From positions 1,230,001-1,262,000 of the forward strand of contig NC_017459.1 of assembly GCF_000237865.1 (NCBI RefSeq): DNA of 32,000 nucleotides, given 5' to 3'. The DNA is from Haloquadratum walsbyi C23. GTDB lineage: Archaea; Halobacteriota; Halobacteria; Halobacteriales; Haloferacaceae. How positions within the stretch are numbered: position 1 is the first letter of the stretch; each line of letters begins with the position of its first letter. Both the position numbers and the translations under genes were made by a program. Below the pieces are notes generated by a model, which worked only from the letters and a program-made list of their open reading frames with translations, was not told where the DNA came from and ran no database searches. Shown here piece after piece: positions 1-7,927 of the stretch.

Positions 1-878
1 CGTGGCTCAATCACTTCAAATCCCTCAGCAAGACGTTTCGCAGCCGTATCTAATGAGAATCGACCGTCATTCGTCTCATACCGACCAAAGTGAGCCACCG
101 GCTGGAAATTGACGGACTCAACAATATCGCGATTTTCTAATGCATATCGAACAATATCTCCCATCTCGTGATCATTCGTGCCAGGAACAATTGTCGGTAC
201 TAATACAACAGAGAGTCCAGCTTCTCGACAGGTCTTGACTGCTTCACGCTTAAGATCGGCTAAGTCAACCCCTCGGATTGCTTCATATGTCTCTGATTGA
301 AGCCCATCGAATTGTAGATATATCGCAGTAACCCCAGCGTCAGAGAGTCGACTGGCATACCCCTTTTTTTCAACAAGCTCAATACCATTTGTGTTGATTT
401 GAATGTGTTCGAATCCCATCTGAACTGCTCGTTCAACAATCTCTGGGAGGTCATCGCGAACTGTCGGCTCACCACCAGAGAACTGAATCGGTCGTGGACC
501 ACCACTCTTTACAATTGTCTGTAACAATTTTTCAACAGTCTCGAATGATCGATGTGTCCCACCGGGTCCCGAACTTGCAAAGCAGAATGAACATGAAAGA
601 TTGCAGTCAGAGGTCACCTCAATGACTGCCAGACAAGCGTGGTCATTACTGACAGTGAAATCCCCATCCGGATTAAATTCGGCATCAGGTTGAAATTGCT
701 TTGCCCACTCCCAGTGATCAAGTGAATCCCAAACTTTCCGTGTCGTCTCACCGTGCTCTGGACATTCACGATGAAGATACACTGAGCTATCATCGGTGAC
801 ATATTCACCCGGAATGAGAGTAAGACAACTCGGACAGAGGCTTGTCGTTGACTCCAGTCTCCGTTTGATTTGACTCAT
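1..878 (-). CDS. Radical SAM protein, N-terminal part. The gene runs off the left edge, so it is absent from the ORF track. COG1964 / MJ0619 / Tes-like architecture.
   Basis: Hand translation of the complement from ATG at 878 gives MSQIKRRLESTTSLCPSCLTLIPGEYV...LHRECPEHGE, a Zn-ribbon-like CxxC...CPxH. It continues ...VIEVTSDCNLSCSFCFASSG (CxxxCxxC 4Fe-4S/SAM motif) and QFSGGEPTVRDD (GGEP SAM-binding motif). The frame stays open to position 1. The track ORFs 260..505 and 614..808 on the same strand are other frames of this gene. Confidence 0.85.
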   Translation of the reverse strand, partial: MSQIKRRLESTTSLCPSCLTLIPGEYVTDDSSVYLHRECPEHGETTRKVWDSLDHWEWAKQFQPDAEFNPDGDFTVSNDHACLAVIEVTSDCNLSCSFCFASSGPGGTHRSFETVEKLLQTIVKSGGPRPIQFSGGEPTVRDDLPEIVERAVQMGFEHIQINTNGIELVEKKGYASRLSDAGVTAIYLQFDGLQSETYEAIRGVDLADLKREAVKTCREAGLSVVLVPTIVPGTNDHEMGDIVRYALENRDIVESVNFQPVAHFGRYETNDGRFSLDTAAKRLAEGFEVIEP

Positions 879-976
879 ATCAATTCGCATTGTGGGAAGA
901 ATATATACGTTATTCCTATGTGAAATATATACAATTGTGGCGAAGCAAAATATATCTTCAACGTATATATTCATGT

Positions 977-1498
977 ATGATACACGAGGACCTGACAATA
1001 TCTGTGTCTTCGGACCCTGCTCAGGAGCTAGTCGAATCAAATGAACCAACACAGGAGATGACGCATCATATATCTCATAACGAGAAGTCAAAAGAACACT
1101 TGAGCGATTCACCGTCGCCTCCGGTGGCATCGCTGTTACCATGGCGGTCATCTGGACCGGAGTCAAGATCGAAGTCTAAATTTGGGTCTGGATCTGAATC
1201 TGATATCGAGATTAAATTATATATCGTGACTGGATACCATGGAAAGCTCAAAATCCCGGAGAGCTTCTGTCGGGAGTGCAACTTGTTTGTCCAAGCCGCA
1301 GATGCTGCGGCCGCACAGGTTGATGTCGATGTAGATGTATCAGTTGTCTCGTGGTGGACACACTTTCCTTTTGCACTTCGCTATGGTGGCTATCATCCGC
1401 CCGTTATCGTTGTTGAGGGGACTCGTCTTTCACAGGGACACCAGGTTCCGACAACAGAGTCGGTTGTTGAGGCAATTAAGAAATCAATGAATCGATAA
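977..1498 (+). CDS. Hypothetical protein: low-complexity Ser/Pro/Glu-rich N-terminus plus a C-terminal thioredoxin-fold-like CxxC domain.
   Basis: Track ORF 890..1498 begins at a TTG. The first in-frame ATG is at 977 (MIHEDL...), preceded by tatata-like boxes in the 98-bp divergent spacer. The C-terminal ~100 aa read IKLYIVTGYHGKLKIPESFCRECN...PPVIVVEG, a beta-alpha-beta element with CxxC. The exact family is not recognised. Confidence 0.6.
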   Translation: MIHEDLTISVSSDPAQELVESNEPTQEMTHHISHNEKSKEHLSDSPSPPVASLLPWRSSGPESRSKSKFGSGSESDIEIKLYIVTGYHGKLKIPESFCRECNLFVQAADAAAAQVDVDVDVSVVSWWTHFPFALRYGGYHPPVIVVEGTRLSQGHQVPTTESVVEAIKKSMNR

Positions 1499-1528
1499 TA
1501 TAAAGCCTCATGAGGGACTCTTTTTCGT

Positions 1529-2041
1529 ATGTCAACTCGACTAACTGATTTTTCATTACCTAATGTATCTGCTGGACCGGACCCGTTTTCGGTAGCTACA
1601 TTATCGGAGGAGATTGAGTTTGTCGTTCTCTTTTTTCAACGTGATCACTATTGCACCAACTGTCGTAAACAGGTACAAGCAATCGCCGAACAAATAGATG
1701 CCTTTCACGAGCATAACGCAGAAGCTGTTTCGATCGTCCCTGAGCCTGTCGAGCGTGTCGCAGAATGGCAGTCGAAATATGATCTTCCATATCCACTATT
1801 AGCCGATCCAGCAGCCGAAACTGGAGAGGCTTATGACCAACCTGTTCGGTTTGGAATATTAGGACGATTCAGCGACTTCTTCGGTCGGATGCCAGCGGTT
1901 GTCATTCTCGATCGTCGTCTCTCACCAACGGAAATTGCGTATACATATAAAGGAAGTTCAACGTTTGATCGACCTGATATTAAGACCCTTCTCACTGAAT
2001 TAGAATCACTTCAGGCAGCACCCGAGGTTGATGTCTCATGA
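1529..2041 (+). CDS. AhpC/TSA-family redoxin (peroxiredoxin-like thiol-disulfide oxidoreductase).
   Basis: 170-aa ORF. FVVLFFQRDHYCTNCRKQV has a CxxC after a beta strand. WQSKYDLPYPLLADP and MPAVVILD are typical of redoxin/Bcp-like thioredoxin-fold proteins. Composition is acidic. Confidence 0.75.
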   Translation: MSTRLTDFSLPNVSAGPDPFSVATLSEEIEFVVLFFQRDHYCTNCRKQVQAIAEQIDAFHEHNAEAVSIVPEPVERVAEWQSKYDLPYPLLADPAAETGEAYDQPVRFGILGRFSDFFGRMPAVVILDRRLSPTEIAYTYKGSSTFDRPDIKTLLTELESLQAAPEVDVS

Positions 2042-2492
2042 CCAGCACTTTCGTCATATTCACTCTTCTGACGATTGTATAGTCAACCTCGCTGTATTGA
2101 TCATTCCTCCAACTTCTCGAAGATGAAATGTATCTTACTGCGTTAATCGGTCCTCTAATGTCCTGTATTGATTCCAGCCGGTATTTTGCATCATCATAAC
2201 TCTCAAATCCTATTTCGAGTCCAATCGGCTCCCCAAATATGCATGGCAACTTCCAATCTTGATCGATGAGTGTTAACTCGTTGCCTTCTTGAAATTGTTC
2301 GCCGATTTCAATCAGGAACCGACCAGCATCGGCGGCATTAACTCGATATTCCTGCTCAAAATCTCATTCTTCTCGAATAAACGTCCGTTCAGTTTCAGTT
2401 TCTCTTTGATTATTGGCGTTTGATTGTTCTATCGCGGATATGATTGAATGAGCATAGATAAAGAATGTGTACCAATAGACAGAGATACTCAT
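1992..2492 (-). pseudogene. Disrupted amphi-Trp-domain-like small ORF with an in-frame TGA at 2364-2366.
   Basis: ATG at 2492 opens a frame that hits TGA at codon 43 (2366..2364). The same frame continues DFEQEYRVNAADAGRFLIEIGEQFQEGNELTLIDQDWKLPCIFGEPIGLEIGFES..., resembling haloarchaeal amphi-Trp-domain proteins (FExE.R....A..L..I...L..G..LTL). No ATG/GTG/TTG lies between the TGA and the TTG at 2249. The 3' end overlaps the convergent redoxin gene by 50 nt. Confidence 0.3.
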
Positions 2493-2653
2493 AGCCACTC
2501 ACTACCAGATTTAACTCAGAATAATACTAACGAACAGTTGAACTGGCTTTATTCGGTTCGTATAGTGTTAATACGCTAATCGTCGTTGATAATGGGACTC
2601 AATGTGTGGGGTGATTCGATACACCCAAACCAATCGTCCAATTCATTCTATAC

Positions 2654-3553
2654 ATGCTTGGATACGCTGGTCGTAACAACACGCTTCGGGATCACCAACC
2701 CCCAGTGAGATGCAACCGAGGGATGCAAAAGAAAACCTGGGAGGACAAAGGACTCCCATACGCTGGTGAACTTGCTGAACAGAACTTCCGCGACCTGCTA
2801 ACTATTCTTCAATGGAACTATGAACACGATATCGGGTTCTATCGATGTACATCACAGTCATTTGTCCCGTGGAATTCTCAGTATAATATTGAATCACTCC
2901 CAAATATCGACACGATTCGAGAAGTCGCTGAACAATGTGGTGAATTTATTCAAGATCACGATATGCGGCTTTCATTTCACCCAGACTATTTCGTTAAACC
3001 GGCTTCCACGACGAGAAGTACCCGCGAGAAAGCTCGAAAAAGTCTTGAAAATCATGGCTCATGGCTCGACTTGATGGGTCTCCCACAAACGAATGAATAT
3101 CCGATTAATATCCATATTGGCGGTCATTACGGTGACAAAGCGAGTACAGCAGACCGCTTTATCGAATTTATGAAGACGGTCTCATCAAGTGTTGCTGATC
3201 GACTTGTGATTGAAAATGATGATAGCCCGAATCTCTGGTCTGTGACAGAACTTGTTGAAAGTATCTCGACTATCACTGACTGTCCTATCACATTCGACTA
3301 TCATCATCATTCGTTCTCTACGGACGGGACCACATATCGTGAAGCATTCGCGTTGGCTGCAGATACGTGGGGTGTATGTCCAGTAACACACTACTCCGAA
3401 CCGGCAATCTTGCATGCAGAGAACGCAGATCGACCACAGACTCATGCGTCGTATGTTGACCGTGTACCATCATGGCTCCATACTCAGGCTGATGTGATGA
3501 TTGAATGTGATGGAAAAGAACTTGCTGTAAACCAGGTCCAAACAACTACTTGA
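2654..3553 (+). CDS. uvdE: UV damage endonuclease UvdE (UVDE family).
   Basis: 299 aa. The N-terminus MLGYAGRNNTL matches the UvdE start (LGY..QN..L). Other matches: RLSFHPDYFV, INIHIGGHYGDK, LVIENDD and FDYHHH, a TIM-barrel metal-site pattern of the UvdE/UvsE family. Confidence 0.85.
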   Translation: MLGYAGRNNTLRDHQPPVRCNRGMQKKTWEDKGLPYAGELAEQNFRDLLTILQWNYEHDIGFYRCTSQSFVPWNSQYNIESLPNIDTIREVAEQCGEFIQDHDMRLSFHPDYFVKPASTTRSTREKARKSLENHGSWLDLMGLPQTNEYPINIHIGGHYGDKASTADRFIEFMKTVSSSVADRLVIENDDSPNLWSVTELVESISTITDCPITFDYHHHSFSTDGTTYREAFALAADTWGVCPVTHYSEPAILHAENADRPQTHASYVDRVPSWLHTQADVMIECDGKELAVNQVQTTT

Positions 3554-3997
3554 TAGTCTCTCTCATTACCTTGAGACGACTTATTTATCAATTATATTAG
3601 GCATTTGATGACATAACGGATAGACAGCGTGAACTCACAGATTGATATTGAGTCCCAGAGCAATGAATTCATCAAGGCTTGATCAATATCGAAACAACCC
3701 TCTCTTTATGAACATCATATAATGTGTGCACAGACTAATTACGGAATCTCAAGAAGAAAGCTTCGCGCTTTGTTGTGGGGAAATCCGACATGAGGGACGC
3801 CACCCGCGAAGTATTAATTTGCGTGATAGCACATTCAGTCGTAAGTACATCAGACGAAGATTAGAGTTGATTTGAGGTCTCCAGTATCACAAAGCAATCC
3901 TGCGTCGGATAACCACTCACCCTCGTGGGTGAGTCGGATCGATGGCAGTGTCTGTGAGATCCAAACGGATACCCAGCCCCAAGCATGTCACGCCTCG

Positions 3998-4063
3998 CCT
4001 CGAGCGAGACCCGATATAGTGAACTCACCTCGAGCGAGACCCGATGTAGTGAACTCACCTCGG
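3998..4063. repeat. Tandem 30-bp repeat, 2.2 copies: cctcgagcgagacccgatRtagtgaactca. Member of a dispersed GTGAACTCAC repeat family.
   Basis: 3998-4027 and 4028-4057 differ at one position (a/g). A third partial unit, cctcgggg, starts at 4058. Related copies lie at about 3620-3638, 7838-7868 and 25193-25270. Confidence 0.85.
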
Positions 4064-4244
4064 GGTAGTTGCCTTGACCGCCTGTATACAAATCATAACT
4101 GAGATGCCGATGGTCTCGGCCAGGGTCCTGTCGAGGATGCACAACCAGCGTGCTGCTCCACGAGGGAAGCCTCGTGATTCAATCCGGTGAGAATATCAAA
4201 GCTGTCACAGAAGGCATATCAGACTACATTTCTTATATTCATGC

Positions 4245-4379
4245 ATGAGACCGAGCGTCGACATTGAGCAGTGTGAGATGTATGAATGTCCTACCTGCGG
4301 CGTACGCGCAAGCGAGCGAGGGGAATGTGAGTCGTGTGAAACAGAGCTCATTTCAATTGGTTGCGAACGAGACTTGTAG
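4245..4379 (+). CDS. Small CPxCG-related zinc-finger protein (44 aa; below the ORF track cutoff).
   Basis: Hand translation: MRPSVDIEQCEMYECPTCGVRASERGECESCETELISIGCERDL, stop TAG at 4377-4379. CPxCG plus a second CxxC make a four-Cys zinc ribbon, common as tiny genes in haloarchaea. An internal M12 at 4278 is an alternative start. Confidence 0.45.
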   Translation: MRPSVDIEQCEMYECPTCGVRASERGECESCETELISIGCERDL

Positions 4380-4828
4380 GATCCGCCTCCACGTGCGGTA
4401 CCGTCAGGAGCAGTGTCATTATTTTCTAGACATGTAGTGTATTGATAATGTAGCGGATGGCTTGCGTGCCCTATTTACCGCTTCTTCATATGACATAGAG
4501 TGATTCCACAGTACCACGTCACTGGATATGGGTCCGACGACTCCAAGTCTCATCCCTCTGCTCGTGTAGTTGGAACCGCTTAAACAGAATCAATTGAATA
4601 AGATCAGATAAACTAGATATAGTATATATTATCCGAATCATAAGATCAATAAAAACAAAGTTGTGGTGACTTGTTGACAACATTATGAGGTTCATGAGAT
4701 ATCATTGATCTCTGGTTGGACCACAATCGCCAATTTTGAATCTCTCTCACTGTCGGAGGGGAATCACACGATTCGGCGCCTCAAGATCGTAGCGCGTCTT
4801 TGTCGAAACGAATGTCCCAGATTACACA

Positions 4829-4972
4829 CTAGTCGTGTGCGACAGTCGTATTTCTCATTGTGCCGCCACATTTTGGACAACGACTCTGCTCTTCTACATC
4901 CTCGACACCAGTTCCACAATCACGACAGATATGTAAATCGCCGACAGAATAGTTTGGATCCGTTCTCATCAT
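4829..4972 (-). CDS. Small CPxCG-related zinc-finger protein (47 aa; below the ORF track cutoff).
   Basis: Hand translation of the complement from ATG at 4972: MMRTDPNYSVGDLHICRDCGTGVEDVEEQSRCPKCGGTMRNTTVAHD, stop TAG at 4829-4831. CxxC...CPxCGG..RN is the pattern of haloarchaeal rubrerythrin-like/CPxCG mini-proteins. Track ORF 4705..5028(+) is its antisense shadow. Confidence 0.55.
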   Translation of the reverse strand: MMRTDPNYSVGDLHICRDCGTGVEDVEEQSRCPKCGGTMRNTTVAHD

Positions 4973-5335
4973 GTTTTATAATTAATATCTTAACATACTT
5001 AACATATGTGCTACATTTCTGTAAGTAAGCTACTCCATCTCACTTGTCAGTCGAATTAGTATTTTGAGCCCTAGAGTTATTCTCAGTGGCGCTTTATTAC
5101 AGTATTACAGGGATTGCTGATTGCTTTCATCAAATAATTCCGGGCACTTGCTAATCTATTTGAACATGATGACCTCACCATCGAGATTTGATATTCTCCA
5201 TATCCTGGAGGGCGAGGATTCTCAGGCGTTGGGATATTGAAATTCGCAACCTGCCATTCTCTGGGTGGAACAATCCAGAGGCTTGAGCAAAGAGGTACAC
5301 CGCCAAGATAAAATGACTGAGAAGAGTGGACGGAA

Positions 5336-6655
5336 TCACCGATCTATAGTTTTCGTATACGGCCAATCGCCAATGACTTGCATCCCTTCAGCGCGATTTT
5401 CACGCTCAAGTTGATCAGCAATCGCTGATGGTGGGCGATGGGCGACTGTTGTATCGTCGCTGGCGAGTTCAATAACCAGTTCGGTCAATAAAATCGCTTG
5501 CTCACGAAGGTCACGGACCGATAATTTATCAAGTGTATCGGCGTGAGTATGACCCCAGCCACGACCGACATCGCCTGTATCTGCTCGAATATGATACCCC
5601 GGGACACCCCATGTGACATATGGCCAATGGTCACTGTGTGGATTCAATTCAGGTGGCACATCAATCGGATGATCCATGCGGGCAGCAACGCGGTCAGCAG
5701 CGTCGATAAGATCATCAAACCCATGTGCATGACACACGAGCGTTCGATTCCGAACAACCCCGTCATTATTTATAATTGCCTTAATCGTCTCATAATCACG
5801 CGAATCAGCATCGTATTGCGACCCAACGAGTCCAATTTCCTCGGCTCCATACACAAGAAGATGCACGCGGGTATCAAGCTCAGATTCACGCTGTGCAAGT
5901 GCGCGTGCAACTTCGAGCACTATTGCGGTTCCAGCAGCATTATCAGCCGCCCCTTCTCCAATATCGTGGGCATCAACATGACTTGTCAATAAAACAGCAT
6001 TCTCTGTCTTTGGACCAAGGTCAGCATGGATATTCTGACTTGTCGTGTCATAAATATCGACATGAGTGTTGACAACCACATCATCCCCTGTAAATCGTCG
6101 AGAAAGCCGTTTTCCGACCTCTTTTGAGACACCAACTGCTGGGATTTCTCCGATCGGAGCTTCCTCAGTTCCAACGCTACCGGTTGGGGGTAAGCATCCG
6201 TTGACGTGGTTCCGATAGATGAATGCTGAGGCTCCAGCATTGACTGCTCGGTAATATTTCTCTCGTCGATGAACGTAACGATCGTGCCAATCTGGGATGT
6301 CACTGGCAGCAAGGATGACCTTCTCATTAAGATCACAATCAAAGTCAGCGGGGAGTCCGTGCCCAATATCAACTAATTCACCCATTACATTTCCGCTTGG
6401 ACTGCGAGGAAGAGCAATGCAGTCCTGCGCTGTATCCCCAGCATGTATCGCAGCAGACTCACGCGCCCAGCCCTGTATTTCAAATTCTTCGAGATGTGCA
6501 TCTCGTACACCAACATCTGTAAGTGCATCACGTGTCACCTCAGCAGCATGGCGTTCCCCACCGCTGCCAGCCATCCGGATATCGATATCAACAAGCCTCT
6601 CAAGATGCTTCCATCCGATGTTACTTGTGAATGTCTCACCAATCCAATCAGTCAT
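5336..6655 (-). CDS. M28-family metallopeptidase (aminopeptidase with an inserted PA domain).
   Basis: 439 aa. LLTSHVDAHDIGEGAADNAAGTAIVLEVARAL (Zn ligands H/D, DNA.G), LLVYGAEEIGLVGS (EE pair) and HTHADT are typical M28 motifs. No signal peptide. Confidence 0.85.
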   Translation of the reverse strand: MTDWIGETFTSNIGWKHLERLVDIDIRMAGSGGERHAAEVTRDALTDVGVRDAHLEEFEIQGWARESAAIHAGDTAQDCIALPRSPSGNVMGELVDIGHGLPADFDCDLNEKVILAASDIPDWHDRYVHRREKYYRAVNAGASAFIYRNHVNGCLPPTGSVGTEEAPIGEIPAVGVSKEVGKRLSRRFTGDDVVVNTHVDIYDTTSQNIHADLGPKTENAVLLTSHVDAHDIGEGAADNAAGTAIVLEVARALAQRESELDTRVHLLVYGAEEIGLVGSQYDADSRDYETIKAIINNDGVVRNRTLVCHAHGFDDLIDAADRVAARMDHPIDVPPELNPHSDHWPYVTWGVPGYHIRADTGDVGRGWGHTHADTLDKLSVRDLREQAILLTELVIELASDDTTVAHRPPSAIADQLERENRAEGMQVIGDWPYTKTIDR

Positions 6656-6765
6656 ATATGACTGTTGACGGTGTTAATTAAATGCTCTTTTGTACAGGTA
6701 GGACAAGGTAAGTGTCACAATCTTAATCCCGCAAAAGTAAAATAGCATATGTAGAGCATTTATTC

Positions 6766-7290
6766 GTGTCAAATGAGTACTCAATATGGTTCATTCCTGA
6801 CCGTGACTCGGATGCATATCGGCGCTTATCAACTATAATCAGTGAGTACGCTGAGATGTATGACGATGCCCCTGAGTTCAGACCGCACATCACCATCCTT
6901 GGTGGAATTGACCGCGATGTCTCAACTCTAAAAAAGGATGTGAAAAATCTCGCTGAGGAATGTAATCCAGTGCAAACTGTGTTGACGGGAGTACAGTGTT
7001 CGACAACGAAACACCAATGTGTGTTTTTATTAGTTGAACCGACGGTGAACATTCTTTCTGCACATAAAGCAATGAGAGATACATGTAATATTGATCACAG
7101 AATGTATGTTCCACATCTTAGCATCATATACAGTGAAATGAATATAACGGAGCGACTACAAATTATTAATTCGACTGATGTTTCATCATTGCAAGGTACA
7201 ATCTACTCTGATGAGATTGCACTCATTAATACAAAAAAAGAAGTCCCAGACTGGGAGATGATCGAGAGCTATGATCTATCATTGAAATAA
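6766..7290 (+). CDS. 2H-phosphoesterase superfamily protein (cyclic phosphodiesterase-like).
   Basis: 174 aa with the two HxT/S motifs PHITILGG and PHLSIIYS at the spacing typical of 2H phosphoesterases / CPDase. Confidence 0.7.
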   Translation: MSNEYSIWFIPDRDSDAYRRLSTIISEYAEMYDDAPEFRPHITILGGIDRDVSTLKKDVKNLAEECNPVQTVLTGVQCSTTKHQCVFLLVEPTVNILSAHKAMRDTCNIDHRMYVPHLSIIYSEMNITERLQIINSTDVSSLQGTIYSDEIALINTKKEVPDWEMIESYDLSLK

Positions 7291-7436
7291 TGAGAACACT
7301 AGATGTAGATACGAATACCAGAATACGATTGGACAGTCAGGATATTACGATGCATTTGAGTGACACATACAAATCAGAGCACGCTAGAATAGTTGGTTAT
7401 TTAATACCCATGCAGATATTCAACTGAATTATTGTA

Positions 7437-7601
7437 TTACGGACTGAGGGTCTCTAAGGTTGCCAGAATTTCCTCAAGTGCACTGATGAGACCTTGGAGT
7501 GCTGATAGAGGATCTCCACTGCCCGTTGCTGCAGCGGCAGTTCCACTTGCCGCAATAAGACCAACAAGCACAATCAGTGCCGCAAGCATAATTTTTCTCA
7601 T
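7437..7601 (-). CDS. Small secreted or membrane-associated peptide (54 aa; below the ORF track cutoff).
   Basis: Hand translation of the complement from ATG at 7601: MRKIMLAALIVLVGLIAASGTAAAATGSGDPLSALQGLISALEEILATLETLSP, stop TAA at 7437-7439. It has a positive N-terminus, a hydrophobic core and an Ala-rich cleavage region, then a 25-aa acidic amphipathic tail. Track ORFs 7432..7620(+) and 7474..7680(-) are other frames of the same DNA. Confidence 0.45.
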   Translation of the reverse strand: MRKIMLAALIVLVGLIAASGTAAAATGSGDPLSALQGLISALEEILATLETLSP

Positions 7602-7837
7602 ATCTCATAATATCATATAGACGCAAAAAGATGTTTCGTATATCAACTGTGAAGTGCCTCAGGGTCAAGCCCTGTAGCATCCGGCTTGTAATTTTGTGAA
7701 TATGCTATGGGCACTGCACTTCAGGAGCGACCGAATAGTATCTATAGTACAATCGATTGTCACTTGCATGGTTGTTGCAGTATTGCGTTGTCAATCTCAG
7801 CAATACGATAGTGGATATTACTACCTTTGATTAAATC

Positions 7838-7868
7838 TCTCGAGCGAGAACCGCTATACAATCAAGTG
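7838..7868. repeat. Short copy of the GTGAACTCAC-family repeat that looks like an internally deleted version.
   Basis: tctcgagcgagaaccgctatacaatcaagtg matches the 5' part ctcgagcgagacccg (4029-4043) joined to the 3' part cctgtatacaaatca (4081-4095) of the 4028-4097 copy. It lacks the roughly 40-nt middle. Confidence 0.5.
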
Positions 7869-7927
7869 ATTAAAAATATAACTGCCATCCAACAATGTAT
7901 TCAGCGTGCGTATGCAATAATGAATAG

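Noticed and set aside
407-417. gttcgaatccc, which resembles a tRNA T-arm/T-loop.
   Set aside because: It lies inside the open radical SAM reading frame, where the complement reads GFEH. No acceptor, D or anticodon stems can be drawn around it.
3777-3789. ggggaaatccgac as a possible RNase P CR-I (GAGGAAAGUCCGGGC) look-alike. A downstream caatccggtgag at about 4183 was considered as the CR-V partner.
   Set aside because: The two segments are identical in sense rather than complementary, so no P4 helix can form. Other RNase P conserved regions are absent between them.
3998-4063. Possible CRISPR array, suggested by 30-bp direct repeats of typical CRISPR repeat length.
   Set aside because: The copies are directly adjacent with no spacers, and there are only about 2.2 of them. 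The sequence is unlike the haloarchaeal type I-B repeat (GTTTCAGACG...GAAGC) that I remember. No cas genes are in the window.
3861-4142. Track ORFs 3861..4142(-) and 3872..4102(+) as protein genes.
   Set aside because: They overlap each other on opposite strands and run straight through the tandem repeat, giving duplicated SLEVSSL / SPRARPD peptides. They are basic and Arg/Ser/His-rich, unlike the acidic proteome.
4705-5028. 107-aa plus-strand ORF.
   Set aside because: It is the antisense shadow of the CPxCG zinc-finger ORF at 4829-4972. It starts at a non-ATG codon, is basic and Cys/Arg/His-rich, and has no motif.
5175-5366. 63-aa minus-strand ORF with a hydrophobic stretch, overlapping the 3' end of the peptidase gene.
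   Set aside because: Basic composition, a 31-nt overlap with a solid gene, and no recognisable motif or upstream signal. It cannot be supported from sequence alone.
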